DNA of 64,000 bases from positions 145,204,001-145,268,000 of the forward strand of contig NC_042999.1 of NCBI RefSeq assembly GCF_006345805.1. Reading direction: 5' to 3'. The notes under the pieces are model-generated. The model ran no database searches and was not told where the DNA came from. It worked only from the letters and a program-made list of their open reading frames with translations. The translations under genes were made by a program, and so were the position numbers. The stretch is from Octopus sinensis (taxonomy: Eukaryota). Positions 39,812 to 53,202 of this stretch are shown in pieces (position 1 is the stretch's first letter; each line of letters opens with the position of its first letter).

Positions 39812-41828
39812 CTGAAAGCAAATAAATATCAACGGTTGAAATAACATCACTAACGAATACGCGTGATGCAGCTTTTGTATGTGAATAAACAATTAATTCT
39901 ACTAGAAGCTCAGGAAGCACAGTTCTTATGCACTTTCGACAATCAATATATGGATTGTCAAGAACTGCCGATTTGACCTGCTAAAGTAAGAGAAAAAAGT
40001 ATTTGAGAATACGAATAAGCAACCAGCCATTTACCACTTTGTAGTTTGATTTTTAACCTTAGAACTTCGTTGTTGAAAGAGTTTTGTTAACGTAGCAAAG
40101 ATTACCATTTTCTTCTGAATACAAATGTAAAATTCTTTTTTACTACACTTGATGTTGCGTAACCAAAGATGCGATGCCTATCATAGATTTACCGAAATAG
40201 CGGTAAATCATCTAAAATAAATAAATCAATCAAAGAGTTGAAAAATATTAATAATTAGATAAAAATGTAAGGGGATATACATAAATTGGTAGAATGTTAA
40301 TTAGCCGTTGTTTCACGTTAACTACTGATTTAAATTAACTACAGCGCCATGTTAAATAACAATCGTACCGTCTTAACTAATTAGTGTATCAAGTTAGTTA
40401 TCGACGACATTTAGTTAACAAACAAGCAAAGCATGTTATCGACGCAATACACCGTGTTACCTAACCACTATATCAAGTTAACTAACCACACAATAGTGTT
40501 AACTAACCGTTATTCTGTTACCTATCCACTGCCCAATGTTATTGAACAACTACATTGCTCATTAATTTCTCCACCTTGTTAAATAACCCTGCACGAAGTT
40601 AAATTAACCATATATCATGTTAACTAACTGTTGTTCTTCTTTCGTTAAAAATAACCAAGACTTTCTCAGCCAATACTGACGCAGGGTCCATCACCAACAA
40701 CGTGTGACATTTGAATAAATATTCATCCTCAGACATTAATATTTCTTACCAGCTGTTTCAGTCTTCCAGTCTTTGTCCTGTCTTCTGTATCCTATAAATA
40801 TTAGAATATCCTTTAATATCTCATTTAATGAGATAATACATCGGACATGATTTGACCATTAGCCACCAGGTGACATTCAGTTTATTGATAATTTTACTTC
40901 TACTCATGTAAGAAGAACTTTTTCTCGCTTTATTTGTTTTTAAAACTTGTTGTTTACCACCTTTAATTACACGTCTGATCGAGCAGACGTATGAATAAAG
41001 GTGTTCCAGCTTTTCCATCAGGTGTTTTTGAATATTCAGGATGTCTTTTACCAACGTGCCTTTCCCATTTAATTTAAAGACTTTAGAATATGATATAGAA
41101 GAAATTTGGCTGTTATTTCTAGTAGATCGAACGACAGTGTGTACGTGCCTGTTGTTGAGTCAAATTGGTATTGTCGGTTTTCTTCACCGTCACTCACTCA
41201 CCCATTTTGCTGTCCACATCATCCTTTTCCTCTCTATATCCTTCCTCTTCTATATATATATATATATATATTTTCTGTTGTTTCTTCTACCAGTACAGTT
41301 TTGTTGTTCTGCTAATTCAAAAGTGTTCTCGATTAACCTGAATATTATTTATATAAATATTTGCCCAAATATTTGAATTAAGAATGGCAGGTGAAAAAAT
41401 AGGTGAAAAAAATCAAAGGCCAAAAAATATTTCTAATTTTCGAGCGAAATAAAAATAAAATATATCTAAAAAGAATTGTTTATTTTCTACTTGTTACTAG
41501 TTATTAGTGAATTAGGCATCAACAGAGAACCATTCTTTAAGCTAAGCCGTTTATAGAAAAACATGATTCTGTAATGAGAGAGTGGGGAGAGGAGGACCGA
41601 AAATGACAACTGAATTTATAGAAATAATAGTTTAGCGAACATACTAAAGAACACTTTATCACATTGTATTGATGTTTTTCAATATTTTTCTCCTGATAAA
41701 CACGTTTTATGGTTTGATGATGCAGAAGTAACACACGTGTGGTTCATTGCTGGAATATACACAGCAAAAAAAAAAAGGTAATTCAAATTAATTCTCCCCC
41801 ACCCCGAACCAAGCGAGGCCGTGTGTGT

Positions 41829-41864
<36 letters not shown>

Positions 41865-44800
41865 AAGAAAAAACATATCTACTGAGAGAAAAGTATGCTA
41901 TTGAAATAAATTATCTTTTACATACATCTTTATTAAATCACTGAGGACAAATCCTTGCAATGACCTCAAGCTTTCCCATATCTTAAAATTATAACCAGAA
42001 ATAATTAGGAAGTTGTTGAAAAAAATCAATAAATTAGATAATTTTTTTTTAATAACATAAATATGTTTATGGAGAGGAAAATATTGAAAAAACATCAATA
42101 CATGTGAGAGTGGCAAAGAAATTGGAAGAGTGATCGTAGGATGTGCTAGAAACAACAACCAAATCTCTCTCAAATCACACACTTTCTCGTCTGAAAATAT
42201 TTGCAGTTTTTCTTTTCTTTTTAACCGAAAAGGCTTTTCCCATGGTTTTTAAGTGCATAGTTTTAAGAAAATTGGTCAAAATTAATCCCGGAAGGGGAGG
42301 AAAGAGGAGGGATGAAGGTGTGTGTGTGTGTGTATATATATATGTGAAAAAAACCCCCATAAATTTTCGAAACTCTTTTCATATAAAGATTCCCCACATC
42401 ATTTCAAAGGCCATGGTGAAATAAAAATTGGAAAATTCCCCGTCAAAACAGAGAAATTCTAACTTGTATGGGCATCCTGATCCGAAATTTCGTCTTGAAA
42501 TGAATTTGTCTTCAAATTTTACCGCGTTGTCTTACAAATTGACGATTGTACTGAATGTTACGACTGGAATATTACTCAAACAATGTAGACAATAATGACC
42601 AAAGAAGCATAAACCATTCCTAAACTTGGAGGATATCTGAAAACAACAACTCTGTACGAAACAGCAAGTATCCATACAAGTGGTGACAAAGCAGTGGGGA
42701 GTGGGCAACTTGTTCACACTGCCAAACTGCACTAAGTATTAGCTTGTGCATTATAGGAATCAACGGAGGCTTGGTATATCTGAAACTATATTTGCGCACC
42801 ATGGGTTTAGTTGATCAGAACTGACATGGGGTTACATAGCAATCGTAACCAGTAATGCAGGAGCGTATATTCAATCGATTGAAGTGTTTTTTTTCTCACA
42901 AATGTATAACCTCATGCTAAACTTATATAAATCAACGCTAATTAACGTATACCATTATCGCGGAAGCCGCGAACAACAGCGAAATTTGAACTGAGACACT
43001 GAAACATCGAAGTAGTATAGCAAGCCTTGTAGTTCGTTGGCCTACACCTTAATCACATTGGTCATTCTCAATATCCTGAAATGCTATTTAAAAGGAAGCT
43101 CATGGTGACCAGTGGTCAAAAACGTGTTTCAGAACGATAAAATATAAAGGCCTTCAAGATATAATGAAATCGTTTGTGCTTGCTAGATCTGTTTAACGCC
43201 TTGTGTAACAACATCCTTGGGTCTTAAGTGCACTTAGTAGAGTTCACTCTGTTCCAAGCGGTCAGTCTAAGTCTCCAGCTTAGTGATAATTCCTTTCTCA
43301 ATCTCCGAAGATCTACAAGAAGATCATTGGCACTCTCCTTTCTTCTCTTACAAAATCGTAAAAACAGAACTATTACGAATGTTCTCAATGTTAGTTGCCA
43401 GATGTTAAGTGACTAGATTCTTTCACGTGGTTGTAAAATAATGAAATGCTGTTGATTAATAATATGCAGTCCATCAATAACAGTTGTTTTATGCAGCGAA
43501 AAATTTAAGGCAGTTTCTTAAGCACCGTAGCAGTCGGCTGCGTCTATAGAATATCATATAATAGCAAGGAGATTAACAGTACCAGTTCTGTAAAAACCAT
43601 TCATGACCAAGACACTCTTAATCCTTAAATAACTCAGTACACCTAGCCGAAAACAGGTACCATAAGACTTGTAACAGCTCAGTGTTGGAAGCATTAACAG
43701 TTTTTTTACAATTATTTTACCATTTGAAATGTAGGATGCCGAATACCAATTATAATGTTAGTGTTTTGATTTTTATGCTCTTAACTAGTTTAATTTTAGG
43801 GAACAATCATCACAGTTGTGGGAAATATTTAAGTTAAAACAGAAGATGGAGAATCGGGACAGTAATTCATATAATTTCTGTATAAATGTTGCTAGCAGTT
43901 AAGAAGAGTACCGTAACTTTTACATATAGCTTGCAATGTTATTTGCAATCCCTACAGTGACTCTGGAGAATTCCTTCTGTATACAGTTAGGCTGACCATA
44001 TTCTCTGTCTGCTTTACAATTATATCGAAATTCCAGGCCTGTTTATAAGCTGTGTGTGATGGCTGGTGTCCATTTGCTCATTCCACGTTAAAATCATCGT
44101 GCACAGTTGAAAAGGTATGAATATCATAACTGCATTTCCTTCACCTATCAAACCAATAAGCTTGAACATTTGTCGATAGATATCTTTAATTAACATAAGC
44201 TCGAGTAATTTCATATCTGTGTTAATCTTCATATCAAAACATCTGTAACTAAAGACCCCCGGCCTTTCTTATTTTCAAACGTACTGTATTTAGAACTATA
44301 TTATTTAATGTAATCTTTGCAGAAAGTTGATATCTTCACTTAAATGTCTTAGTAAAGGTTAAAGAGTGAAATTATAGGCTATTTCAGAACATTGACATCT
44401 CTAACTTGAAAGTAATACTTCAAAACGTTGATACTTCTCTTTTAACAATTTCGTCCTCCTTCATATTTGAAATAAAAGCTCTGCTTTTATACTACGAAGC
44501 CAACTCCTGCTAGAGAGATGCGAGAAGGAAATTAAGAAACAATGATTGTTGCGCAGGACAATGCGAAGATCCAGTGGTACAGTGCTAGTAATAAAATAAT
44601 ATTTACTAATATTGATAGAAAGTAAGACATTTTTGAGACGGGCTGTAGTTAGGCCATCTACTCCTCTAGTTTATAAAATGATATTTTGGCAGAGGATAAA
44701 TAATCAAACTAGCTATTGGATTCTCTGTGAAACAAAATTACTGATATTTCAAACAAATCTTCTTTAGAGAGAAAATATTGTTTAAATGGTTACGGCGCAG

Positions 44801-45197
44801 TGAGAACCTAGGTTTTATATTCTCTGCCTGCTTTACAACTAAATTCCAGGCCTGTTTTATCAAAAGTTGAGAACTTGATGAAATCACTTTTGCCGACGTA
44901 GATCACTGCTCGTTTCATCGGATTATGGTTTATATTGGCTGAGTAATTCTGTTGGTATCGAGTCGATTCTATAACTCTCCACCTTCAGCAATCAGCCTTA
45001 CGTTTATGCAAGAAGTGAATATATTGTAAGTTAGCGCATGCGTCACTGAGTAAGAGATAACATCTGACGGCCGTGAACGCCATGATGCTTCCATCTCCAG
45101 CTGGAAAAAAACAAACGTCACAAGCAAAAGGCACGGCATTGTATCAGCAGCAATTCACTGCATCAAACATACGATATTGAGTCTGTCTTGAACTTAC

Positions 45198-45365
45198 CTA
45201 AATTTATTCTGATTGCATATGGTAATTGTTGGGAAAAGCAACGAGTCATTGTAATTAACATCCAAGAGGACACTGACTGGATATTGGTAGAAGTATAGAA
45301 TACGGTCAAGGATCTGAAATAAAGCCGCAGCTACACATGTCATCAAGAGGAGTAACCAAATCACC
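45198..45365 (-). CDS. DEG/ENaC exon 2: TM1 and the post-TM1 FPTITICNQN motif
   Basis: VIWLLLLMTCVAAALFQILDRILYFYQYPVSVLLDVNYNDSLLFPTITICNQNKF; acceptor ttttctccAG, donor AG|GTAAGT; phase 2/2. Confidence 0.95.
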
Positions 45366-46189
45366 CTGGAGAAAACAAAACAAAGAAATAGCAACAACAA
45401 ATAAAATCTTAAATAAAAAGGAAACTATTCTGATTAAACAGTCCTTGGTGTTTAGTCAATAATTACATATTTACTAGAGTGTTACCCTAACCTTCGTCAT
45501 ATGTTAAGTAACTATGAAAGTATACTTGGATAATATCAGGTAATGTGGAATACATACAATAACCATAATTGGACTTTAATCAAGAATTTTGGTGCTTGTA
45601 CAAAATGACGAAATGAATGCTAATTTCAAAAGAAAAATATTAATTGCCTTAAAAAGTTAAATAAAATTAGATAAAAATTAAACAATTTTTCTCATTTTTA
45701 TAATTCTTCCCATAACTGCTCCGACACTGACTACCTCCTTTCTTCTTCCTCCTTTACTACCTCTTTCTCTGTCAGTAATTCTTTCTCTCTCACTCTCTAT
45801 ATGAAACGTTTCTTTACTTGTTGCTTGCTACCAAGCTTAGTATGCACTCTTTATGTTAAGTCTCTCGGAATCTCTCTTTTACTATTTTATTTCTTTATTG
45901 CCCACAAGGGATAAACATAGAAGGGACAAACAATGACAGACAAAGGGGTTAAATCGATTACATCGACCCCAGTGCGTAACTGGTACTTAATTTATCGACC
46001 CCCGAAAGGATGAAAGGCAAAGTCGCTCTTGTTTACTATTTTCTCGCAGTCTCTGTACCTTGCCTTATAATAATTCTGTTTGACATTACGTTACTTAGCC
46101 CGTCGATAACGCTTTCACATGATTAGTTGAAGGGAAAGAGAGGAGAAAGAAAAGGAGAGAGAAAAAGAGGATAAGGCGAAGAGTGAGGC

Positions 46190-46228
<39 letters not shown>

Positions 46229-46373
46229 AAAGACGGAGAGAGAAGCACCCATGACGTGTGGTAGGGGGAACGTAATACTTATTACATAGTTAAAAAGTCA
46301 ATTGAAGGTAGTGATATAGAGGAGGTTTAGGAATATAATTTTAATAGAGGGGTGATATTCTGATGGTGAGATT

Positions 46374-46433
<60 letters not shown>

Positions 46434-46489
46434 GGTGGAGGTGGTGATGGTGAGTACATAGTGAAAAGTGTATTTTTTTAATTGAACAA

Positions 46490-47260
46490 AGTTTTTTTAT
46501 ATCACCTATCACTTAACGCACGCGCATCTTAAACTTGCCATTCGCTTTAGAAAGAAACCAATATCCCGTTCACCTGTCACATGCAATGATTATCAATAAA
46601 TTAGAAAGGCAGACATTTGATAAAGAGGTTCTGTTCTTCCTTGAACCTGTATTCAGCCATGGTCAGCTATATGTTGCATTCTGAATGTTTCGCAAATTAT
46701 CTGATGTGAGAGTTAAAGTTATCAACACTGACAAACAAGTCTGCAAAGAAGTATTGGATTGAAAGGTGTACGCAAACTGAAATGTGTATTGGCTTTGACC
46801 CATCGCCTTGGCTTATAAGTTACCATCGATGTAGTTTTCAGAGTGCGCCATTTTGCATTAAATTTTTACCCCCGTGAAATTGTGACCCCTATATTTTACA
46901 TATAAAATAATTTTTTTTACTCTAAAATTTTTGTTTTCTAGATATGAAATTGTGACCATGTAAATTTTAAAACGTAATTTTTTCTGTTTATGGGGAAAAT
47001 GGAAAAATAAGAGTGAACATTTATTTTATGAGTGCTGTGTCTATAAAATTGTGCATAAAGTATATAAAGTATATATATAAAGTACATTAAGTAATCATAG
47101 TATTCCAATTTCCTTCACCTTTCATTGAATAGTAGATGAGCGACTATCTTTTGATACAGACACAACACAAGCTACGCTTTCAGGCTTTTTGGATAAAATT
47201 TTAAGGAATAATCTAATAAGTTTATTATTAATTCCATGAAATACTCACGGGTCCCGCTAA
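46490..47260 (+). mobile_element. Helitron 3' fragment (PIF1-like helicase C-terminus)
   Basis: LPFALERNQYPVHLSHAMIINKLERQTFDK...EPVFSHGQLYVAF resembles RepHel motifs V-VI (R.QFP...FAMTINKSQGQT...VFSHGQLYVA.SR); possible 3' end near ACGGGTCCCGCTA. Confidence 0.75.
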
Positions 47261-47896
47261 TAAAGAATGATTAGCGAAATCAACCAACCAAACAACCAAC
47301 CAGCCAACATTTATATCGGATCTTGTTACATGGAGATACACGATGACCTAGTCTTCAGTCGTGGTAACTGAATACGCCTTTACAATCACCGCGAACGATT
47401 TTCCACCTTGGGAAACTAACTTCTATTTCACCCACGGGCCAACCAAAACGTTGTGAATTAAATTTGATGGCTGGAAGACTTGCTTTTATTCTTGTTTGGT
47501 AAATTTAATCCACCGCTCTGTTTAGCACCGTAACCTGTTCCTCGTGTGCCTTTAGTGGGGTTTGCTCTACCTTATAAATTCAGGCAAAGTTTCTGGTTTG
47601 CGGACAACTTTCTTCTTTCCCCCTACAAGTTTGGGAGGTCATTGAAAGGTTCAAGGGCAAATATATTCCCCCTCCAATTAAATGATGAAAAAAATGTATA
47701 TAAAATTATTTAGTTATTTTGTTTTACATTCTGAGTTGAAATACCACAGAATAAGGATCTATTTACCTTCAAAATTTTTCCTACGTGCTGATATATGAGA
47801 ATATTTAGTTACGACACTTTACGCTCATAATACAAATCCTACCGATTCTTCAACATGACATTAACAATGATAATCAAAACAAATATTTATACATAC

Positions 47897-48066
47897 TTCT
47901 GAGGCCTTTTGCTGCTTTCCGAGAAAGCATTTTTCAAGCCGTGCAAACTGCAGTTCATTGCAAAATGTAGAAACATGCTTGAAGGCTTTTCATCATCCGT
48001 AGGAACTTCGATGGTAGGACCTTCTTCTACATTTCCTTTTTCGAAGCGATTTCTGACTGAAGTCAT
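47897..48066 (-). CDS. DEG/ENaC (ASIC-like) channel, coding exon 1: MTSVRNRFEKGNVEEGPTIEVPTDDEKPSSMFLHFAMNCSLHGLKNAFSESSKRPQ(K)
   Basis: ATG at 48066-48064 with an in-frame upstream TGA; acceptor tttctatttacAG before 48087 implies an upstream UTR exon; pre-TM1 'SLHG' motif of DEG/ENaC; donor AA|GTATGT in phase 2, matching exon 2. Confidence 0.9.
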
Positions 48067-48434
48067 GTCTAACGTATATCAGCGAACCTGTAAATAGAAA
48101 CCACAGTGATTGTGACGATGATGATGATGATGAGAATTGGGTAGGTGAGAATGGTGGCGATCATGATTATAATCTTGATTATCATGATTATGATGAGCAT
48201 AACCATCATGTCGGTCGTGAGGATATACTCATATTCAAGTACTTCCCATGTATATTTGGCCTGATTCTTTTCCAGATGTTGAGCCATGCTGTCTCCCACC
48301 AGGTAAGAGTAGAGACTTTGCCAGGACTACGACATGTTTTGTTGTCGCCGCCATATTTTTTGTCATACTGAAATAGTTACGCATTTATATTTCACATATA
48401 AGAATAATGACGATGATGGTAATAATAATAATAA

Positions 48435-48650
48435 TACTTTCTACTATAGGCATAAAACCTGAAGTTTTGTGGGAAGGGGGACAATCAATCACATGGACCC
48501 CAGTATTTGACTGGTACTTAATTTATCGACCCCAAAAGGATGAACGGCAAAGTCGACCTCGGCGGAATTTGAATTCAGAACGTAGCGACAGACGAAATAC
48601 CGCTAAGCATTTCGCCCGGCGTACTAACGTTTCTGCCAGCTCGCCGCCTT
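48435..48650 (-). mobile_element. SINE family A copy, reverse orientation
   Basis: Ends ...TTTCTGCCAGCTCGCCGCCTT. Confidence 0.85.
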
Positions 48651-48696
48651 CTTACCTAATAATATTCAGAACTTCTGCCAGTTCACCGTCTTCGAG

Positions 48697-48748
<52 letters not shown>

Positions 48749-48749
48749 T

Positions 48750-49640
48750 ACACTTTTATAGATGATATAAAACTTTATGCGAAAAATGATAAGCGTACTG
48801 CTCGCATTTTCTCAAATGATGAAGGTTTGAAATTTAGGATTGAAAAGTGCGCTATATTGAAAATGAAACGATGAAGATTTGAAGGAAGCCTGGGAATTGA
48901 AATGCCAATTGGGCATACAGTGAAAGTGGTTGAGAAAGGACAGTTGTTTAAGTAATTTGAGTTACTGGAAGCAGATGAAATAAAATATGCAGAGATAAAA
49001 CAAATTATCAGTAGGAGTAATTGTAGATTGGACCAAAAAGACACACGAAGACTTGTCAGAAAAACTAGAGAGCTATTGACAATGTATGAAACCCACTATC
49101 CGAAAGCTGATATTAACTGGTTGTACATGAAAACAGACCAGGCTGGAGGAGGCTTGAATTGCTGTGGAAGAGTGTGTACAGATGGAAAGAAAAAGCCTAC
49201 AAAAATATTTACAGAACAGCACAGAGAAATTACTAAAGACAATGAATAAAGAACTGGTGATCAAGTGTAGAATAAGAGAAAAGGACAAGAATGAAATTCA
49301 AAGAGAGCTTGCTAAACAGAGTGAAGAGAAACCTTTGCATGGTCAGTTCTGGAATGCCACTGAGGATGTATGTGGAACAAAATCTTGGGCCTGGTTAAAA
49401 AAGGGGCTATTAAAAAAAGAAACAAATAGCTTTATTATAACAGCTCAAGATCAAGCGAAGAAAACAAACAACTTGAGAAAATATCTGTATGGGGAGAAAG
49501 TGTGAGAAAAATGTAGTGTCTGTGGAATTTGGAATGATACGGTAGCACAGATTGTTGCAGAATGTCTCAAGTTGACCAATGCAGTATATAAGAAATGGAG
49601 GCATGACCATGTGAAAGTTTTACACTGGAAGAATAATTAT
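48750..49640 (+). mobile_element. R4/Dong-type LINE fragment (RT C-terminus to zinc knuckle)
   Basis: FIDDIKLYAKND...GLKF.IEKCA, PLHGQFW, WLKKGLLKKET.SFI..AQDQA and a C.VC...H-like region. Confidence 0.7.
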
Positions 49641-49641
49641 G

Positions 49642-49674
<33 letters not shown>

Positions 49675-50012
49675 TAATAATATAATAATAATAATAATAA
49701 TAATACTTTCTACGATAGGCATAAGGCCTGAGTTTTTGAGGGAAGGGGGACAATCGATCACATCGAACCCAGTACTTGGCTGGTACTTAATTTATCGACC
49801 CTGAAAGGATGAAAGGCAAAGTCTACTTCCTCATCCATAGGAACTTCGACGGTAGGACCTTCTTCTTTTTGTCAGAAGTAGATATTTGAAGCTGGAGGTA
49901 CATGGTATAATCATCGGGTCGAAAGAGTGTTGGAGTCGGAGAAATGCAAAATCTTTTGGGATTTTCCTATTGAAACGGGGAAGCTTCTGACAACGCAGAA
50001 AGTTTCACAAAA

Positions 50013-50050
50013 CCTTTATATTTCAGGCGCAAAGGCCCGTCTTCAAAAGA
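50013..50050 (-). ncRNA. Minimal type I hammerhead-like motif (C3U variant)
   Basis: UCUU-UUGAAGA-C-GGGC(CUUUGC)GCCU-GAAAU-AUA-AAGG. Confidence 0.4.
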
Positions 50051-50847
50051 AAACCCATAGAAACACAAAATCCAAAGTATAAGTGAAAATATCCTGCGTT
50101 CCTTTGTAGATAAAATGGCGTCATCAATGTTCACTTTCATAACTGGTAAAAGGAAAAAGAAAGAAAAACGGAAAAAAAATAGGCAAAAGAATACTTAGTG
50201 GAACAGTTTTGCATAAATGTGATGAAATTCACCTGTCATTTTATTCATTCCTCCAGTGCGTGATGTTTGTAATTCACAAATATATTTATCGTCATGCATT
50301 TTGAGGATTGAAAGTGTAGTAGTCAGACTATTTTCTGAGAATATGTACCTTCAGATGTTCCTTAAAATTGCAGCCGTTTGATGTAAGATGTTCGGAATGT
50401 TCCGTCAAAGTACTGCTGTTGTGCCCGACTTTATACCTATACCCGTTGAATCTTTTATTTAACTGTTAGTTTGTGCAACCAACATAAATCGTGTTGTGTT
50501 TGATGCATTCTACTGCGTATACCAAATGGGTATCTTTATAGATAATGAAGACAGTCAAATCCCTGCATGGTTATGAACCAATACTCTGGTTACAATTCCT
50601 TAATGACGTCTTTTTTTGTCTGAGAAGGGCCATGCAACACTTTAGTTATCCTTTTGCATCTGTGGGACCGTTACGCTAAAAACTATGCCTTCTCTTTGCT
50701 AGTTTACCCACATTAAGTTTTTTAATGTTATTGCAGGCGTTAGAAAACGAAATATTAGGTTTTCACGTGTTAGCGTGTGTGCTCTTGCTTCTACCAATAA
50801 AGTAGTTTTTATTGTCTCATTATTTTTCAATATATATTTTTTTGTTT

Positions 50848-51062
50848 TTAAGGCGGGGCGCTGGCAGAAACGTTAGCACGCCGGGCGAAATGATTTGTGG
50901 TATTTCGTCTATCTTTACGATCTCAGTTCAAATTTCGCCGAGGTCAATTTTGCCTTCCATCCTTTCGGGGTCGATAAATTAAGCACCAGTTGCGCACTGG
51001 GGTCGATCTAATCAACTGGCCCCCTCCCCCAAATTTCGGGCCCTGTGTCTAGAGTAGAAAAG
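50848..51062 (+). mobile_element. SINE family A copy
   Basis: Same consensus as 24838. Confidence 0.85.
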
Positions 51063-51554
51063 AATATTTTTTTGTTTGTGTATATCCTGTGACACTAAAA
51101 TTAAATTTTCATTTGTTTTCTTTCTTTATCACAAATATTTATGCGTAAAATCTCTTTCAGCTTTTATAAGAGGCGTTTGATGTTGCAGGCGCCATTCTTA
51201 TATCTCCATACAGAAAACATGAATTGTGCAACCCCCCCCCCCCCCAAAAAAAAAAAACCCAGACAAGCAAACTATATCTGTCTTAATAAGAAATAAATTT
51301 CATTAGTTTGAGAATATTTTTTGCTGATAAAGTAATCTAATGTTTTGTATAAATCCTTCGTTCACATTTCTTAAATCCAACAGTTTGTTACTTCGATATG
51401 CAATAGTAGTAGTAGTAGTAGTAGTAGGAATGTTGTTCTTGATGATGATGATGATATTTTCTTGGTTTCGTACAAGGATACTGAAGAAGGGACATTCCGA
51501 ATGCAAAAAGAAAAAAAGAAAGAACTCCAACAAAAATAAGTGTTACTTTAAGTG

Positions 51555-51640
<86 letters not shown>

Positions 51641-52374
51641 TAAAAAAATCAGACTATAAAACAATTATAGTTTAATAAATATAAGAGATACATATCGCTA
51701 GCGGCCATAGCTTGTGTATTACCGGAAGATATACGGGACGTAACTCCTTTTATAGCTAAGCCATTCTTATCTCAAAATTATTATTCATCACAGTTTTCCT
51801 CGTTTAATATAATGTTCTAACCGATTTATGTATATTAATACACACATACAATCTTTATAATCATTTATAGACTACACTAGGATATTGATTTCAAACAATG
51901 AGATATAAAAAACCTATTTCCGGTAAGAAAAGGTTTGGGGGTGATTTCTCTCAGACTATTTACTGGTTTTCAGAACTTATCTCTTATTCAGTTTCCTCCT
52001 ACATAGACAATAAAAACGAAGTTGATCCCAACATAAATTTATCCTAACATAAAACTGATCTATGCAACAACTGTTGTCAAGTTGGTGTAATTCGTAGAAA
52101 TAAGACACTCAACTTCGCTAGAAGATGAATTTCTGTATTAATTTACTCGAGTTCCTATGGGTGTTTTAAACGGTGTATTAGTATTTCAGCGAGTCATTAA
52201 TTAAAACAACCTCAAATGTACCTATTAAAAGCATTTGGATGATAGGTACCTCTTTTCATTTTTAGTTTTAACTGTAAGAAAATCAGACCACGATATCAAA
52301 CTTTCGAATTTGTTTGAAGCTTTCGAACAATAATGTGACCCTAAACAAAACTAAATGGTAATATAATCTAACAT

Positions 52375-52590
52375 TAAGGCGGCGAGCTGGTAGAATCGTT
52401 AGCATACCGGGCAAAATGATTAGCGGCATTTCGTCCATCCTTACGTTCTGATTTCAAATTCTGCTGAATCGACTTTGCCTTTCATCCTTTCGGGGTTGAC
52501 AAATTAAGCACCAGTGAAACACTGATTTCGATATAATCGACTTATCCACTTCCTAGAAATAGCTGGCCTTGAGTCAAAATTTGAAACCAA
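52375..52590 (+). mobile_element. SINE family A copy
   Basis: Same consensus as 24838. Confidence 0.8.
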
Positions 52591-53202
52591 TATAATCAAA
52601 CAACAATTAACTTATATCATCTAACTTCACGTAGAGAATTGCAACGCTTGCTTAGGTTTGTCGCCTACTTTGTCAGAGTATCTTTTCTTACATTTCGAAA
52701 CTAAGGCCCCCAGTCACTGCACGCTTCCCTCTACCTGATGAGGTTATGAGATGTAACAATTCTGTGGAAAATGATATTAAACAGAAACCTGTGGCTGCTA
52801 TCGATAGTGATTTGCCTTTTACTGTTGAAAGAGAAACTACTCAAGTAACATTTTCACTTGATCTGTGGCATTCTTATTAAGGTCATTGAACACGTCTGTT
52901 GAAAAACTCCACATTCCAAAAAATTACGTACTCAGTCATACATATGGTGAGAAAATGGAAATATTTCCTCACGAAAAGTTTGTAATTTAGTAACAGATTT
53001 TATTTATGGTTGATAATAAAAACTGATGGACTTCGAGCACAAAGCTGATGACATTCTATACTGGAGAACCGAAGTTTCCTCTTTCTCATTCATTATAAAC
53101 TATTGACCTGACTTTTTCAGCGGATCATGTCTTGACTACGGCTACTATATGAGATATATTATATATCTCGTGGATTTAGAATTAATACGCAGCTAATATA
53201 CA

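Noticed and set aside
40750-40791. 42-nt segment with AG/GTAAG boundaries, plus a donor near 41190, as a possible cassette or alternative exon
   Set aside because: Weak polypyrimidine tract; it introduces a stop in the channel frame and no combination restores the frame; no support without RNA data.
41100-42175. Weak inverted similarity between 41100-41135 and 42130-42170
   Set aside because: Both are old pieces of a dispersed repeat (another copy near 28180); too diverged and short to be a specific structure.
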